Assembly: GCA_016865865.1 (NCBI GenBank)
Contig: VGOC01000001.1
Coordinates: 513-64,512, forward strand
Reading direction: 5' to 3'
DNA: 64,000 nucleotides
Source of the DNA: Chloroflexota bacterium
GTDB lineage: Bacteria > Chloroflexota > Anaerolineae > Anaerolineales > UBA11858
Every line of letters starts with the position of its first letter. Position 1 is the stretch's first letter. Under the pieces are notes generated by a model, which was given only the letters and a program-made list of their open reading frames with translations, ran no database searches and had not been told where the DNA came from. Of this stretch, positions 44,401 to 52,824 are shown one piece after another. A program made the position numbers and the translations under genes.

Positions 44401-46896
44401 CCGCTTGGGGTGGCGGTGTGGTACGTGAGTGTTTTCCTATTAGGATCGCTCAGTTACCCCCTCGTGCGATTCGCGCTGCCTGGCCTCGATGATCGCGGCT
44501 ATCCTATGGCGCGCGTAGCGGGATTGTTGATTCTGGCTTATTTTGTCTGGCTGGCTGGATCAGTGAGGATTCCGTTCAGTCGCCTGACGATTGGTTTGGC
44601 AATTCTGCTCATGGCGCTGTTGAGTGGGCGCTTGGCTTTACGACAGAAAAATGAATTGTTGACTGAATGGCGCGAGCGCAGGAAATATTTCCTGGTTGTC
44701 GAAGCTCTATCCCTGCTCTTCTTCGTGATCTTTTTGCTGATCCGCTTGGGCAACCCCGATCTGTGGCATCCCTGGAAGGGCGGCGAAAAGCCCATGGATT
44801 TCTCCTACTTCAACGCCGTGCTGAAGAGCACCTCTTTCCCGCCCTATGATCCCTGGTTCGCCGGGGGGTATATCAACTATTATTATTACGGCTACGTGAT
44901 CGTCAGCGTGTTGGTCAAGTTTTTAGGGATCGTGCCATCTTTCGCCTATAATTTGATCCTGCCCACGCTGTTTGCTATGGTGGCGATGGGCGCCTTCTCG
45001 ATTGTTTGGAATCTCAGCGACCGATTGACTACCGACGGCGGACAGCCGACCGCAGTCCGCGGTCAGTGGTCTGCTGTCTTCTCTATTCAACGATTCCTGC
45101 CTGCCATTGGTGGGGCGCTGGCGATGGCCGTCCTCGGCAATCTGGGCATCCTGCGGATGATCGTCCAGGGCTACCAGCGACTGGCCATATCCACAGAGCA
45201 GCTCGTTTCGGCTGGAGTCTTGAGCAAATTCATCTGGACGATCGAAGGTCTGTTCAAAGCCTTCGCCGGGACGCCCTTGCCCTACCGCCTGGACGAATGG
45301 TATTGGAATCCCAGCCGGGCGATCGGGGCTGAACACGGCAACCCCATCACCGAGTTTCCCTTCTTCACATTTTTGTACGCCGATTTACACGCTCACATGA
45401 TTGCGCTGCCGATTGCCCTGCTGGCAGTCGCCTGGGCTTTGTCGGTTGTCCTGGGGAAAGCCTGGGCGACGAACGGTCGGCGTTTTCCTCTTCAGGTGGG
45501 GACGAGCCTCTTGCTGGGCGGTCTGGCGATTGGCGCTATGTATCCGGTGAACCTCTCCGATATCTATACCTACCTGCCCCTGGGGATTGCCGCCTTGTGT
45601 TATACAATCTGGCGATACTGGGGGGAGCGCACACCAGCGGGGGGCGATTTCTACGCCAGGTTCAAACGGCTATCTATCCTGGCCGCCGGGGTCATCCTGC
45701 TGGCGCTGTTGTCCAATGGCCTCTATCAACCCTACGTCCAGTGGTACAGCCAGGGATATAGCAAACTCGAAGCCTGGATGGGTTCTCATACCCCTACATC
45801 GGATTATCTGACCCATTGGGGCCTGTTTCTGTTCGTGGTCGTTTCGTGGATGTTCTCCGAGACGATTGATTGGATGGCCAGGACTCCGGCCTCTGCGCTG
45901 CGTAAGCTGGAACCCTACCGGGGCCTGATTTGGGGAGGGTTGCTGGCGATGGGGTTTCTGATTCTCGCCCTGGGGATCAATCTGCCGAATGCCAACCTCG
46001 AGGGTGATGGATTTCCGTTTGGGCGGGGGGTGCACATCGTGTGGTTTGTGCTGCCCCTGGCAGTTTGGGCTGGCGTGCTGCTCCTGCGTCCCAATATGCC
46101 GGACTCCAAGCGCTTTGTGCTCTTTTTGATCGGCACGGCATTGATCCTCACCCTGACCATCGAAGTCGTCTATGTGATCGGCGACATCGGGCGCATGAAC
46201 TCGGTTTTCAAATTCTACATGCAGGCCTGGGTCTTTCTCTCGGTCAGCGCAGCGGCGGCTTTCGGCTGGCTCCTATCGGCGCTGCCTTCCTGGAAGCCTG
46301 GCAGACGGCTTGTCTGGCAGATTGCTTTCATATTTTTCGTCGCAGCCGCGGCTTTGTATCCTCTCCTGGGGGGCTTTGCCAAAATCGAAGACCGCATGGC
46401 CGAAGACGCCCCTCACACCCTCGATGGCATGACTTACATGAAATATGCCACATACGATGATGAGGGCGCAACGTTGATCCTGTCAGAAGATTACAACGCC
46501 ATCCGTTGGATGCAGGAGAATATCCCTGGTTCGCCTGTGATCGTGGAAGCCAACCAGGTCGAATATCATTGGGGCACGCGCTACACCATCTATACCGGTC
46601 TGCCTGGCGTGGTTGGCTGGAACTGGCACATGCGCCAGCAGCGCACCATCGTGCCACATGATTGGGTCTATGAGCGCGTCGATGGCGTCCACGAGTTCTA
46701 CCAGACCGAGGATATCCAATGGGCGCGTGATTTCTTGAAACGCTATGATGTCAACTATATCGTTCTGGGGCAGCTCGAGCGGGCCAAATACGCCGGGCCA
46801 GGATTGGAGAAGTTTTCAGCCTATGAAGGCGCTCTGTGGACTGAAGTTTTCCGCGATGGCGAGACGGTGATTTATCAGGTGAGCAGTGGACAGTGA
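41500..46896 (+). CDS. Giant (1798 aa) polytopic membrane protein with DUF2298 / Chlor_Arch_YYY module
   Basis: N-terminal 'LRLVGLDWDEEQHLHPDERFLTMV', a central soluble region, and a C-terminal module with 'FAGGYINYYYYGYVIVSVL' (YYY motif) and 'EFPFFTFLYADLHAHM'. Confidence 0.8.
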   Translation: MKYLLHIRNFFWRWTSADALRAFDERGDRKRIRVHPRSSTSYHILIVFILAVGVYLRLVGLDWDEEQHLHPDERFLTMVEASISPVESLGDYFDTAESSLNPHNRGHGFFVYGTLPIFIVRYVAEWLGEPGYGQVYLVGRVLSALMDLAVVWLVYLTASRLYDRRVGVLGAAFYSFAVLPIQQSHFFTVDTFINFFTFLAVYFAIEVMTADRRPQTTDSNLQPAVGGRLSAVVSHPIFWPCILFGLALGMAVASKVNAAPVAVVLPGAVVLYLLRLSPAERERELPQMILYVVMAGVVSILAFRVMQPYAFSGPGFFGLKPNPLWIENMNSLRAQAGGDVDFPPALQWARRPIWFSLQNLVLWGMGLPLGFLAWAGFLWMGWRSIKGEWQKHILLWGWTALYFVWQSLQWNSTMRYQLPIYPTLAIFAAWFVIALARSNVEKLKRYDVKRVFAFILGGAVLIATFLWAFAFTRIYTQPHPRVAASRWMFQNFRGPVTLHIETDGSDYAQPLPFAQDLRISSGAPYETQFIAHKTGMLNEISLPHVADVGAAGNLIVSLAAVQSSGPPLAVTTIPAAELPFSFSNSSDIEIDFGLDVLVDPGSMYLLTFEVLGGLGDVDLCGALQLEIQAVDQVIPQEVENHPDCVARPDLPYMVSFIPQGAGTLSGVMARQLRASPAGGAGEKILTASLSLTPDGEPVAFAQLTSSFIPQSDYRGESYTLELGQPVELIQGDAYYLDFELQGGGELSLSGVAIANESTWDDGLPLRMDGYDPFGGIYQGGLNFEMYWDDNEEKLQRFTSTLAQADYLLITSNRQWGTTTRVPERYPLTSEYYRRLLGCPTERSIEWCYAVAEPGSFEGHLGFDLVQVFQSKPSLGAFSINDQFAEEAFTVYDHPKVFVFQKSADFDPAWVEEILGAVDLSKVVRVTPRKADSFPGDLMLPPDRLAEQRAGGAWSDFFDPDALHNRFQPLGVAVWYVSVFLLGSLSYPLVRFALPGLDDRGYPMARVAGLLILAYFVWLAGSVRIPFSRLTIGLAILLMALLSGRLALRQKNELLTEWRERRKYFLVVEALSLLFFVIFLLIRLGNPDLWHPWKGGEKPMDFSYFNAVLKSTSFPPYDPWFAGGYINYYYYGYVIVSVLVKFLGIVPSFAYNLILPTLFAMVAMGAFSIVWNLSDRLTTDGGQPTAVRGQWSAVFSIQRFLPAIGGALAMAVLGNLGILRMIVQGYQRLAISTEQLVSAGVLSKFIWTIEGLFKAFAGTPLPYRLDEWYWNPSRAIGAEHGNPITEFPFFTFLYADLHAHMIALPIALLAVAWALSVVLGKAWATNGRRFPLQVGTSLLLGGLAIGAMYPVNLSDIYTYLPLGIAALCYTIWRYWGERTPAGGDFYARFKRLSILAAGVILLALLSNGLYQPYVQWYSQGYSKLEAWMGSHTPTSDYLTHWGLFLFVVVSWMFSETIDWMARTPASALRKLEPYRGLIWGGLLAMGFLILALGINLPNANLEGDGFPFGRGVHIVWFVLPLAVWAGVLLLRPNMPDSKRFVLFLIGTALILTLTIEVVYVIGDIGRMNSVFKFYMQAWVFLSVSAAAAFGWLLSALPSWKPGRRLVWQIAFIFFVAAAALYPLLGGFAKIEDRMAEDAPHTLDGMTYMKYATYDDEGATLILSEDYNAIRWMQENIPGSPVIVEANQVEYHWGTRYTIYTGLPGVVGWNWHMRQQRTIVPHDWVYERVDGVHEFYQTEDIQWARDFLKRYDVNYIVLGQLERAKYAGPGLEKFSAYEGALWTEVFRDGETVIYQVSSGQ
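42123..42195. repeat. GACCGCGGAC-type palindromic element inserted in frame
   Basis: gaccgcggaccgcagaccgcagaccacagac...gtcggcggtcggctgtccgcggtc encodes 'TADRRPQTTDSNLQPAVGGRLSAVV' between hydrophobic helices. Confidence 0.75.
45031..45078. repeat. GACCGC..GCGGTC-type element inserted in frame
   Basis: accgacggcggacagccgaccgcagtccgcggtcagtggtctgctgtc encodes 'TTDGGQPTAVRGQWSAV'. Confidence 0.65.
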
Positions 46897-47000
46897 ACAG
46901 TGTACAACACTGTGCTGTGCATTGCTTTTGATTGCTCAGGCTAAAGCCTTCGCAGGGAGAATTCCAAAAAAAATGGGTGACTGGTAACTGGTATACTCGA

Positions 47001-49550
47001 ATGATGGCTTTATATCTCTGGTACTTCATTATCACCTTACTCGGCTTGCTGACCTTCCCGCTGGCATATCGCCTGCTGCCGGCCCTGGCCGACCGCGGCT
47101 ATGCCCTCAGCCGCGCCCTGGGTTGGCTATTGTGGGGCTACATCTTCTGGCTGCTCGGTTCTTTAGGAGTCTTGCAGAATAATGTGGGGGGAGAACTTTT
47201 CGTCTTGTTGATCTTGGCCGCGGTGGGTTTCTGGTCGTTACGCCGCGTCGGGTGGGCTGAGATCAAGGCCTGGTTCGGCGCACAACGCCGCCTGGTGTTG
47301 ACCGTGGAGCTGCTCTTCCTGGCTGCTTTCGCGGGGTGGAGCGCGGTACGCGCCGCCAACCCCGATATCGTCGGCACCGAAAAACCGATGGAGCTGGCTT
47401 TCATCAACGCTATCCTGCGCTCTCCAGCTCTGCCTCCTTTCGACCCCTGGCTTTCGGGTTACGCCATCTCCTATTATTATTTCGGTTATGTGCTGGTAGC
47501 CATGCTGGCTAAACTCGCCGGAACCACGGGCGGCGTCGCCTTCAACCTGGGCGGCTCCCTGGTCTTCGCCCTCAGCGCAGTCGGTTCGTATGGGTTGCTC
47601 TACAATTTGCTCCACGACCGCGGACTGCAGACCGCAGACGGAAGATACCAAACTGTCGTCCGCCGTCCGCCGTCCGCCGTCTTCCGTCCTCTCCTCGCCC
47701 CCTTCTTCCTCCTCATCGTCAGCAACCTGGGCGGATTGCTGCACCTCTTGCGCCTTGGCGGAATCTTCTGGCGCACGGACACAAGCGGCGCGCTGACCTC
47801 CCCCCTCTGGGCCTGGCTGGATATGGGCAGCTTCAGCGACCCTCCTCCGGCGGAGCCATTCCCTCATTGGTGGTGGTGGCAGGCCTCGCGCGTGATTCAA
47901 GATTTTGACTTCAACTGGGTCAACAAGGGCGACATCATTGACGAATTCCCCTTCTTTTCCTATTTGCTGGCTGATCTGCATCCCCACGTTTTGGCGATGC
48001 CTTTTGCTTTCCTGGCGATGACGATGGCGTTCGGCTTGTTTCTGGATCGCGGGGATGAAAAATTGCCCTGGCCGCGCCTGACTCTGAGTCCGGCGTTTTT
48101 CCTCGTCAGCGCGGTGATACTTGGCGGTATCGTCTTCCTCAACACCTGGGATGCGCCCTTCTATGTGGCGCTCTTTGCTGGGGCGTATGTTCTCAGGCGT
48201 TGGAGGTTGGATGTTGGACGTTGGACGCTGGTTTCCTTATCGAGAGACTTCGTCGTCGCCGGGCTTACCCTGGGCATCAGCGGCATCCTCCTCTACCTCC
48301 CCTTCTATCTCGGCTTCTCCTCCCAGGCTGGCGGGCCGCTGCCGAACGTTATCTACGTCACCCGTGGAATTTACCTCTGGATCATGTTCGCGCCCCTCTT
48401 GACGCCCATCTTGATATTCGTGATCTACTTGTGGCGCGGCCAGGCGGAGGCAAAACGTGAGGGGCTGAAACGCGGTTTGCAAATCACCTTGGGATTGGTG
48501 CTGATTTTGTGGCTGGTATCCCTGGCGATATCTGGGATCATTGCGTCTCTGCCCCTATTTAGCAGCATCGCTCCTGAAGCCGCTGCATCCGCGCGCGCTT
48601 TCCTGGGATCATTGGCCGCGCCAGGGTGGGGCGCGCTTCTCGAAGAAGGTTTCATCCGCCGCCTCACAGCGCCGGGCGCATTGCTCACCCTGGCCGCGCT
48701 GTTGACCTTTACGCTCGCCAACCTCTGGCCTCGAAGGCAAGAAGATTTTGGAGATGGTGAGATCTCCCCTTCTCCCCTGCTCCCCCGCTCCCTGCCTTCC
48801 TCGCAAACATACGCGCTCCTCCTCACCCTCACCGCTGGCCTCCTCGTTCTCGTCCCCGAATTCATCTACCTGCGCGACCTGTTTGGTTATCGCATCAACA
48901 CGATCTTCAAATTCTATTTCCTGGCCTGGTTGATGTGGGGCATCGTGGCGGCCTATGCTGTGGTTGTTCTGTGGACAGGACTTAGTTCTGCCTGGCGGGT
49001 GGTATTCCGCGGCGGCATGATAGTACTGCTGGGTCTGTCGCTGATCTATCCTGTCCTGGGGCTGTGGACGAAGACTGATGGTTTCGACCCGCCTCGATGG
49101 ACCCTGGATGGCACAGCTTATTTGCATAGCAGCTCTCCAGACGAGGCCGCGGCGATGGCCTGGCTGCGAGAGGCGCCCCTGGGGGTGGCTGCAGAGGCCG
49201 TAGGCGGTAGTTACACGACTTTTGCGCGCATGGCTACGCACAGCGGGCAGCCCACCGTCCTGGGCTGGGAATTCCACGAAGTGCAGTGGCGCGGCGGATC
49301 GGAGCTGTTAGGCACCCGCAAGGCCGATATCGCGCGCCTGTATTGCATCCCCAATTGGGATGAGGCCCGTCAGGTTCTCGATCTCTATGATATCCGTTAT
49401 GTGGTCGTGGGGGTCAGGGAGCGCAGCGAGTACGCCGCCGGGAGTTCCTCCTGCCCGGCGGGCTTGAGTGAAACCAAATTCATCTTCAACCTTCCGGTGG
49501 TCTTCCAGCAGGGAGATGTGACGATCTACGAGGTCTCTTTGCAGGATTAG
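47001..49550 (+). CDS. DUF2298 / Chlor_Arch_YYY polytopic membrane protein
   Basis: 'DRGYALSRALGWLLWGYIFWLLG', 'LSGYAISYYYFGYVLVAML', 'EFPFFSYLLADLHPHV'. The ATG at 47001 is preferred over the upstream start at 46932. Confidence 0.8.
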   Translation: MMALYLWYFIITLLGLLTFPLAYRLLPALADRGYALSRALGWLLWGYIFWLLGSLGVLQNNVGGELFVLLILAAVGFWSLRRVGWAEIKAWFGAQRRLVLTVELLFLAAFAGWSAVRAANPDIVGTEKPMELAFINAILRSPALPPFDPWLSGYAISYYYFGYVLVAMLAKLAGTTGGVAFNLGGSLVFALSAVGSYGLLYNLLHDRGLQTADGRYQTVVRRPPSAVFRPLLAPFFLLIVSNLGGLLHLLRLGGIFWRTDTSGALTSPLWAWLDMGSFSDPPPAEPFPHWWWWQASRVIQDFDFNWVNKGDIIDEFPFFSYLLADLHPHVLAMPFAFLAMTMAFGLFLDRGDEKLPWPRLTLSPAFFLVSAVILGGIVFLNTWDAPFYVALFAGAYVLRRWRLDVGRWTLVSLSRDFVVAGLTLGISGILLYLPFYLGFSSQAGGPLPNVIYVTRGIYLWIMFAPLLTPILIFVIYLWRGQAEAKREGLKRGLQITLGLVLILWLVSLAISGIIASLPLFSSIAPEAAASARAFLGSLAAPGWGALLEEGFIRRLTAPGALLTLAALLTFTLANLWPRRQEDFGDGEISPSPLLPRSLPSSQTYALLLTLTAGLLVLVPEFIYLRDLFGYRINTIFKFYFLAWLMWGIVAAYAVVVLWTGLSSAWRVVFRGGMIVLLGLSLIYPVLGLWTKTDGFDPPRWTLDGTAYLHSSSPDEAAAMAWLREAPLGVAAEAVGGSYTTFARMATHSGQPTVLGWEFHEVQWRGGSELLGTRKADIARLYCIPNWDEARQVLDLYDIRYVVVGVRERSEYAAGSSSCPAGLSETKFIFNLPVVFQQGDVTIYEVSLQD
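47616..47688. repeat. GACCGCGGAC-type palindromic element inserted in frame
   Basis: gaccgcggactgcagaccgcagacggaaga...tcgtccgccgtccgccgtccgccgtcttccgtc encodes 'DRGLQTADGRYQTVVRRPPSAVFR'. Confidence 0.75.
48199..48227. repeat. Heptanucleotide tandem repeat (NGTTGGA)x4 inside a CDS
   Basis: gttggag gttggat gttggac gttggac encodes 'RWRLDVGRWT'. It is the reverse complement of the TCCAACN repeat at 29601-29626. Confidence 0.8.
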
Positions 49551-49644
49551 CGATATAATACAACGAACCTGAGAAACCCGGTTTCTGACATCTTTAGGTT
49601 GACGTCCTTGGCAAGAGAAACTGGGTTTCTAATGAAAACGTTCT

Positions 49645-51381
49645 ATGCAAAAACTCACGTACGAAGATATCCTGTATGTCCTGGCGTTTGTCCTGGCCCT
49701 TGGGGTGCGATTGACGAACTTAGGGGACGCTCCATTGTCTGAAACCGAGGCTGGTCTGGCTCTCCAGGCATTCGATTTGGCCCGAGGGAATCTTGCCGCG
49801 CCTGCCCCTCAACCGGGTTATCTCGCCCTGACCAGCGCGGTCTTCTCCCTCTTCGGGAGCAGCGAAGCCCTGGCGCGATTCTGGCCTGCGATGGCGGGGA
49901 GCTTTTTGTCGCTGGCGCCATGGGCTTTCAGCCGCCTTTTGGGGAGAAAGGCTGCCCTGATCCTGGCTTTTGGCCTGGCTCTCGATCCTGGGCTGGTCGC
50001 CTTGTCACGGCAGGCGGATGGGCGCATGCTGGCGATCGGTTTTGTTGTCCTGGCCCTGGCGTTCGCCTATGCCCGCAAACCTGCTGGATCGGGGATAATG
50101 GCCGGCCTGGCGCTGCTCTCCGGGCCTTCGATCTGGTTGGGTCTCCTGGGGGTGGGAATCGCCTGGGGGGCGGGCCGTCTTTTGGGCGTAGAAATTCTCG
50201 AAGATGGCGAACCAGCCGCGAGCCCCGCGAGCGCGTCAACAGGATTCTTCCGAACCTGGATTCTCTTTACTGTGGGCGCAATCCTGATCGTTGGAAGCCT
50301 CTTCTTTTCTTTCCCCGCTGGTTTAGGCGCATGGGCCAGTTCGATCGCGGCATTTGCGCGCGCCTGGGTGACGCCGTCAGGCATCTCGGCCGGGCGATTG
50401 TTGGCCGCCCTGGCGATGTATCAGCCCCTGGCGTTGATTTTCGCCATCGTCGCCCTGGTTCGAGATGGGTCCCGACGCAGATCGTTGGTGTGGGGCTTGG
50501 GCTTGTGGGCTTTGGCCGCGCTCGGTTTGGCATTGGTTTTCACCGGACGCGAGGTCGGCGATGCGGTCTGGTTATTGCTGCCCCTGTGGAGTCTGGCAGC
50601 GGTGGGGCTGTCCGAATATTTTTCCGAGGACGCGAAGAACCCGGTCAGCTTGGGGCAGGCGGCTTCTTTGTTTGTGTTGTTGGCCCTGGTCTGGCTGACG
50701 CTTGCCGGGTTGCATCTGACAGCCGTCGAAGCGATCCGTTTACGATTGTTGGTGGTCCTTGGCATTTTGGGGCTGGCGGTTTTGACCACCGCCTTTGTCG
50801 CCTTGGGATGGAATTGGCGGATCGCTCGCAGCGGCGCGGTCTTTGGCGTTGGCGCCGCCCTGGCCGTGTATGGAATCGCCGCCATGATGGGCGTCTCCCA
50901 GGTTCGCCCGGATAGCCCGGCAGAGTTGTGGGCTACGCCTCCTCGGGCTGGCCAGGCGGCGTTATTCGCTGATATGTTGAGAGAACTATCCCTCTTGCAT
51001 ACCGGGGATGCCCACGCTATTGACGTGATTTCTCTGGTCGATTCGTCCGCGCTGCGATGGCTATTGCGAGACTACCCGGATGCGCGCTTCGCCGCTTCTG
51101 TAGATAGGGATGTTTTTCCGTCGGTCGTTATCGCACCGCTGGGGAGTGAATCCCAGGTCTGGTCGGCGGCCTATCGCGGGCAGGATTTCGCCTGGCGGCT
51201 GAATCCGGGCTGGGAAGGGGTTTTGCCAGAAGCCTGGGTGGATTGGCTGGTATTCCGTGAGGCGCCTGTGCAGTCCGAGCGCATCTTGCTCTGGGCGCGA
51301 TCGGATCTGTTCCCGGATGAAGTGATCTCGGTTGACGATGCTGCGGGTCAGATCGAAGAAGCGGCCGATGAATTCGAATGA
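49645..51381 (+). CDS. Polytopic membrane protein, possibly GT-C/Agl23-like partner of DUF2298 proteins
   Basis: More than 10 hydrophobic segments. The N-terminus 'LGVRLTNLGDAPLSETEAGLALQA' resembles loop 1 of ArnT-like proteins. The family assignment is from memory only. Confidence 0.5.
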   Translation: MQKLTYEDILYVLAFVLALGVRLTNLGDAPLSETEAGLALQAFDLARGNLAAPAPQPGYLALTSAVFSLFGSSEALARFWPAMAGSFLSLAPWAFSRLLGRKAALILAFGLALDPGLVALSRQADGRMLAIGFVVLALAFAYARKPAGSGIMAGLALLSGPSIWLGLLGVGIAWGAGRLLGVEILEDGEPAASPASASTGFFRTWILFTVGAILIVGSLFFSFPAGLGAWASSIAAFARAWVTPSGISAGRLLAALAMYQPLALIFAIVALVRDGSRRRSLVWGLGLWALAALGLALVFTGREVGDAVWLLLPLWSLAAVGLSEYFSEDAKNPVSLGQAASLFVLLALVWLTLAGLHLTAVEAIRLRLLVVLGILGLAVLTTAFVALGWNWRIARSGAVFGVGAALAVYGIAAMMGVSQVRPDSPAELWATPPRAGQAALFADMLRELSLLHTGDAHAIDVISLVDSSALRWLLRDYPDARFAASVDRDVFPSVVIAPLGSESQVWSAAYRGQDFAWRLNPGWEGVLPEAWVDWLVFREAPVQSERILLWARSDLFPDEVISVDDAAGQIEEAADEFE

Positions 51382-52105
51382 CCAGGGCGGCTGGACTGAA
51401 AGGATTCCGTGGGTATTGACAGACTATCCAAGCATAATCGCTATTGATGGCCCGGCTGCTTCGGGCAAGTCAACTCTGGCTGAACGGCTGGCCAGGAGAT
51501 TGGATTTTTTGTATTTCGACACCGGCGTTATGTACCGGGCGGTGACCTGGCTCGCTCTCGATCAGGGCATCTCTGTGGATGATGAACGGGCGGTTACCCG
51601 GTTGTCGCAGAAGGCGCAGATTGATGTGCAGCCTCCCTCTCGAAAAGATGGCCGCGTCTACGATGTCTTAGTAGACGGCGAGGATATCACCTGGGAAATC
51701 CGCCGGCCGGAGGTGGACGCCAATGTGTCGGTGGTGTCGGCGTTTCGGGGAGTGCGAGAAGCCATGACCACTCAGCAGCGGCGTATCGGCCAGCGCGGCC
51801 AGGTGGTCATGGTGGGGCGCGATATCGGCACGGTGGTGTTGCCAGATGCCGATCTGAAAATCTATCTAGACGCCTCTGTGGAGGAACGCGCCCACCGCCG
51901 CTGGAAGGAGCGCCTCGCCCTCGGCGAAGATGCGTCCTTCGAGGCGATCCTGGAAGCCATGCGCAGGCGCGATCAGATCGACTCGACCCGAGACGTGGCT
52001 CCGCTGCGCCCTGCTGAGGATGCCGTGATCATCGAATCCGATACCCTCAGCATCGAGAAAGTTCTCGAAGCGACGCTCGACCTGGTGCGAAGCAAGAGTC
52101 AATAG
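51368..52105 (+). CDS. cmk: Cytidylate kinase
   Basis: 'IIAIDGPAASGKSTLAERLA', 'YFDTGVMYRAVT', 'VMVGRDIGTVVLPDA', 'KIYLDASVEERAHRR'. Confidence 0.9.
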   Translation: MNSNDQGGWTERIPWVLTDYPSIIAIDGPAASGKSTLAERLARRLDFLYFDTGVMYRAVTWLALDQGISVDDERAVTRLSQKAQIDVQPPSRKDGRVYDVLVDGEDITWEIRRPEVDANVSVVSAFRGVREAMTTQQRRIGQRGQVVMVGRDIGTVVLPDADLKIYLDASVEERAHRRWKERLALGEDASFEAILEAMRRRDQIDSTRDVAPLRPAEDAVIIESDTLSIEKVLEATLDLVRSKSQ

Positions 52106-52113
52106 CGAGGGCG

Positions 52114-52812
52114 ATGGCTGGGTTATATCAACTCCCCTGGTATGTTCGGATCGTCCGGCCCCCCCTGAGAGCCTTCTTTCGGGGCGTCTTTCACATCTTG
52201 AGCCATGTGAAAGTATCTGGCCTGGAGAATGTGCCCAAGAAGGGAGCTTACATCGTCGCCATCAACCATGTCTCGTTATTCGAGGCGCCTTTTGTGACGG
52301 CCTTTTGGCCGGCGGCGTTCGAGGTGGCCGGGGCTGCCGATGTGTGGGATCGGCCCGGGCAGGGATTGCTGGCGCGGCTCTATGGCGGCATCCGAATCCA
52401 CCGCGGCCAGTATGACCGGCAGATGATTGATATCACGTTATCTGTTCTGCGCTCTGGGCGGCCGCTCCTGCTTGCTCCTGAAGGCGGTCGTTCGCATCAG
52501 ACGGGGATGCGGCGGGCCAAGCCGGGGGTGGCGTATTTGATGGACAAAGCAGGCGTGCCGGTTGTTCCTGTCGGTGTGGTGGGCAGCACCGACGATTTTT
52601 TTGAGCGCGCCTTGCGCGCCGAGCGGCCAGTGATCGAAATGCGCATTGGACAGCCAATGGTCCTGCCTCCAGTGACAGGCCGAGGGAAAGACCGCCGCCA
52701 GGCCCGCCAACGAAACGCCGATTTAGTGATGGCGCGCATCGCGGCTCTATTACCCCCCGAGTATCGCGGCGTGTACGCAGATTTCGTGGACGATTCGCCG
52801 CAAGCTGTGTAG
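52114..52812 (+). CDS. Lysophospholipid (1-acyl-sn-glycerol-3-phosphate) acyltransferase family protein
   Basis: 'VAINHVSLFEAPF' (H-x4-E variant of the HX4D box), 'LLAPEGGRS', 'PVVPVGVVG'. Confidence 0.75.
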   Translation: MAGLYQLPWYVRIVRPPLRAFFRGVFHILSHVKVSGLENVPKKGAYIVAINHVSLFEAPFVTAFWPAAFEVAGAADVWDRPGQGLLARLYGGIRIHRGQYDRQMIDITLSVLRSGRPLLLAPEGGRSHQTGMRRAKPGVAYLMDKAGVPVVPVGVVGSTDDFFERALRAERPVIEMRIGQPMVLPPVTGRGKDRRQARQRNADLVMARIAALLPPEYRGVYADFVDDSPQAV

Positions 52813-52824
52813 TGATCGAATGAG

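Noticed and set aside
49920-50915. 331-aa plus-strand ORF (Gly/Arg/Pro-rich).
   Set aside because: An off-frame shadow of the 49645-51381 membrane-protein gene.
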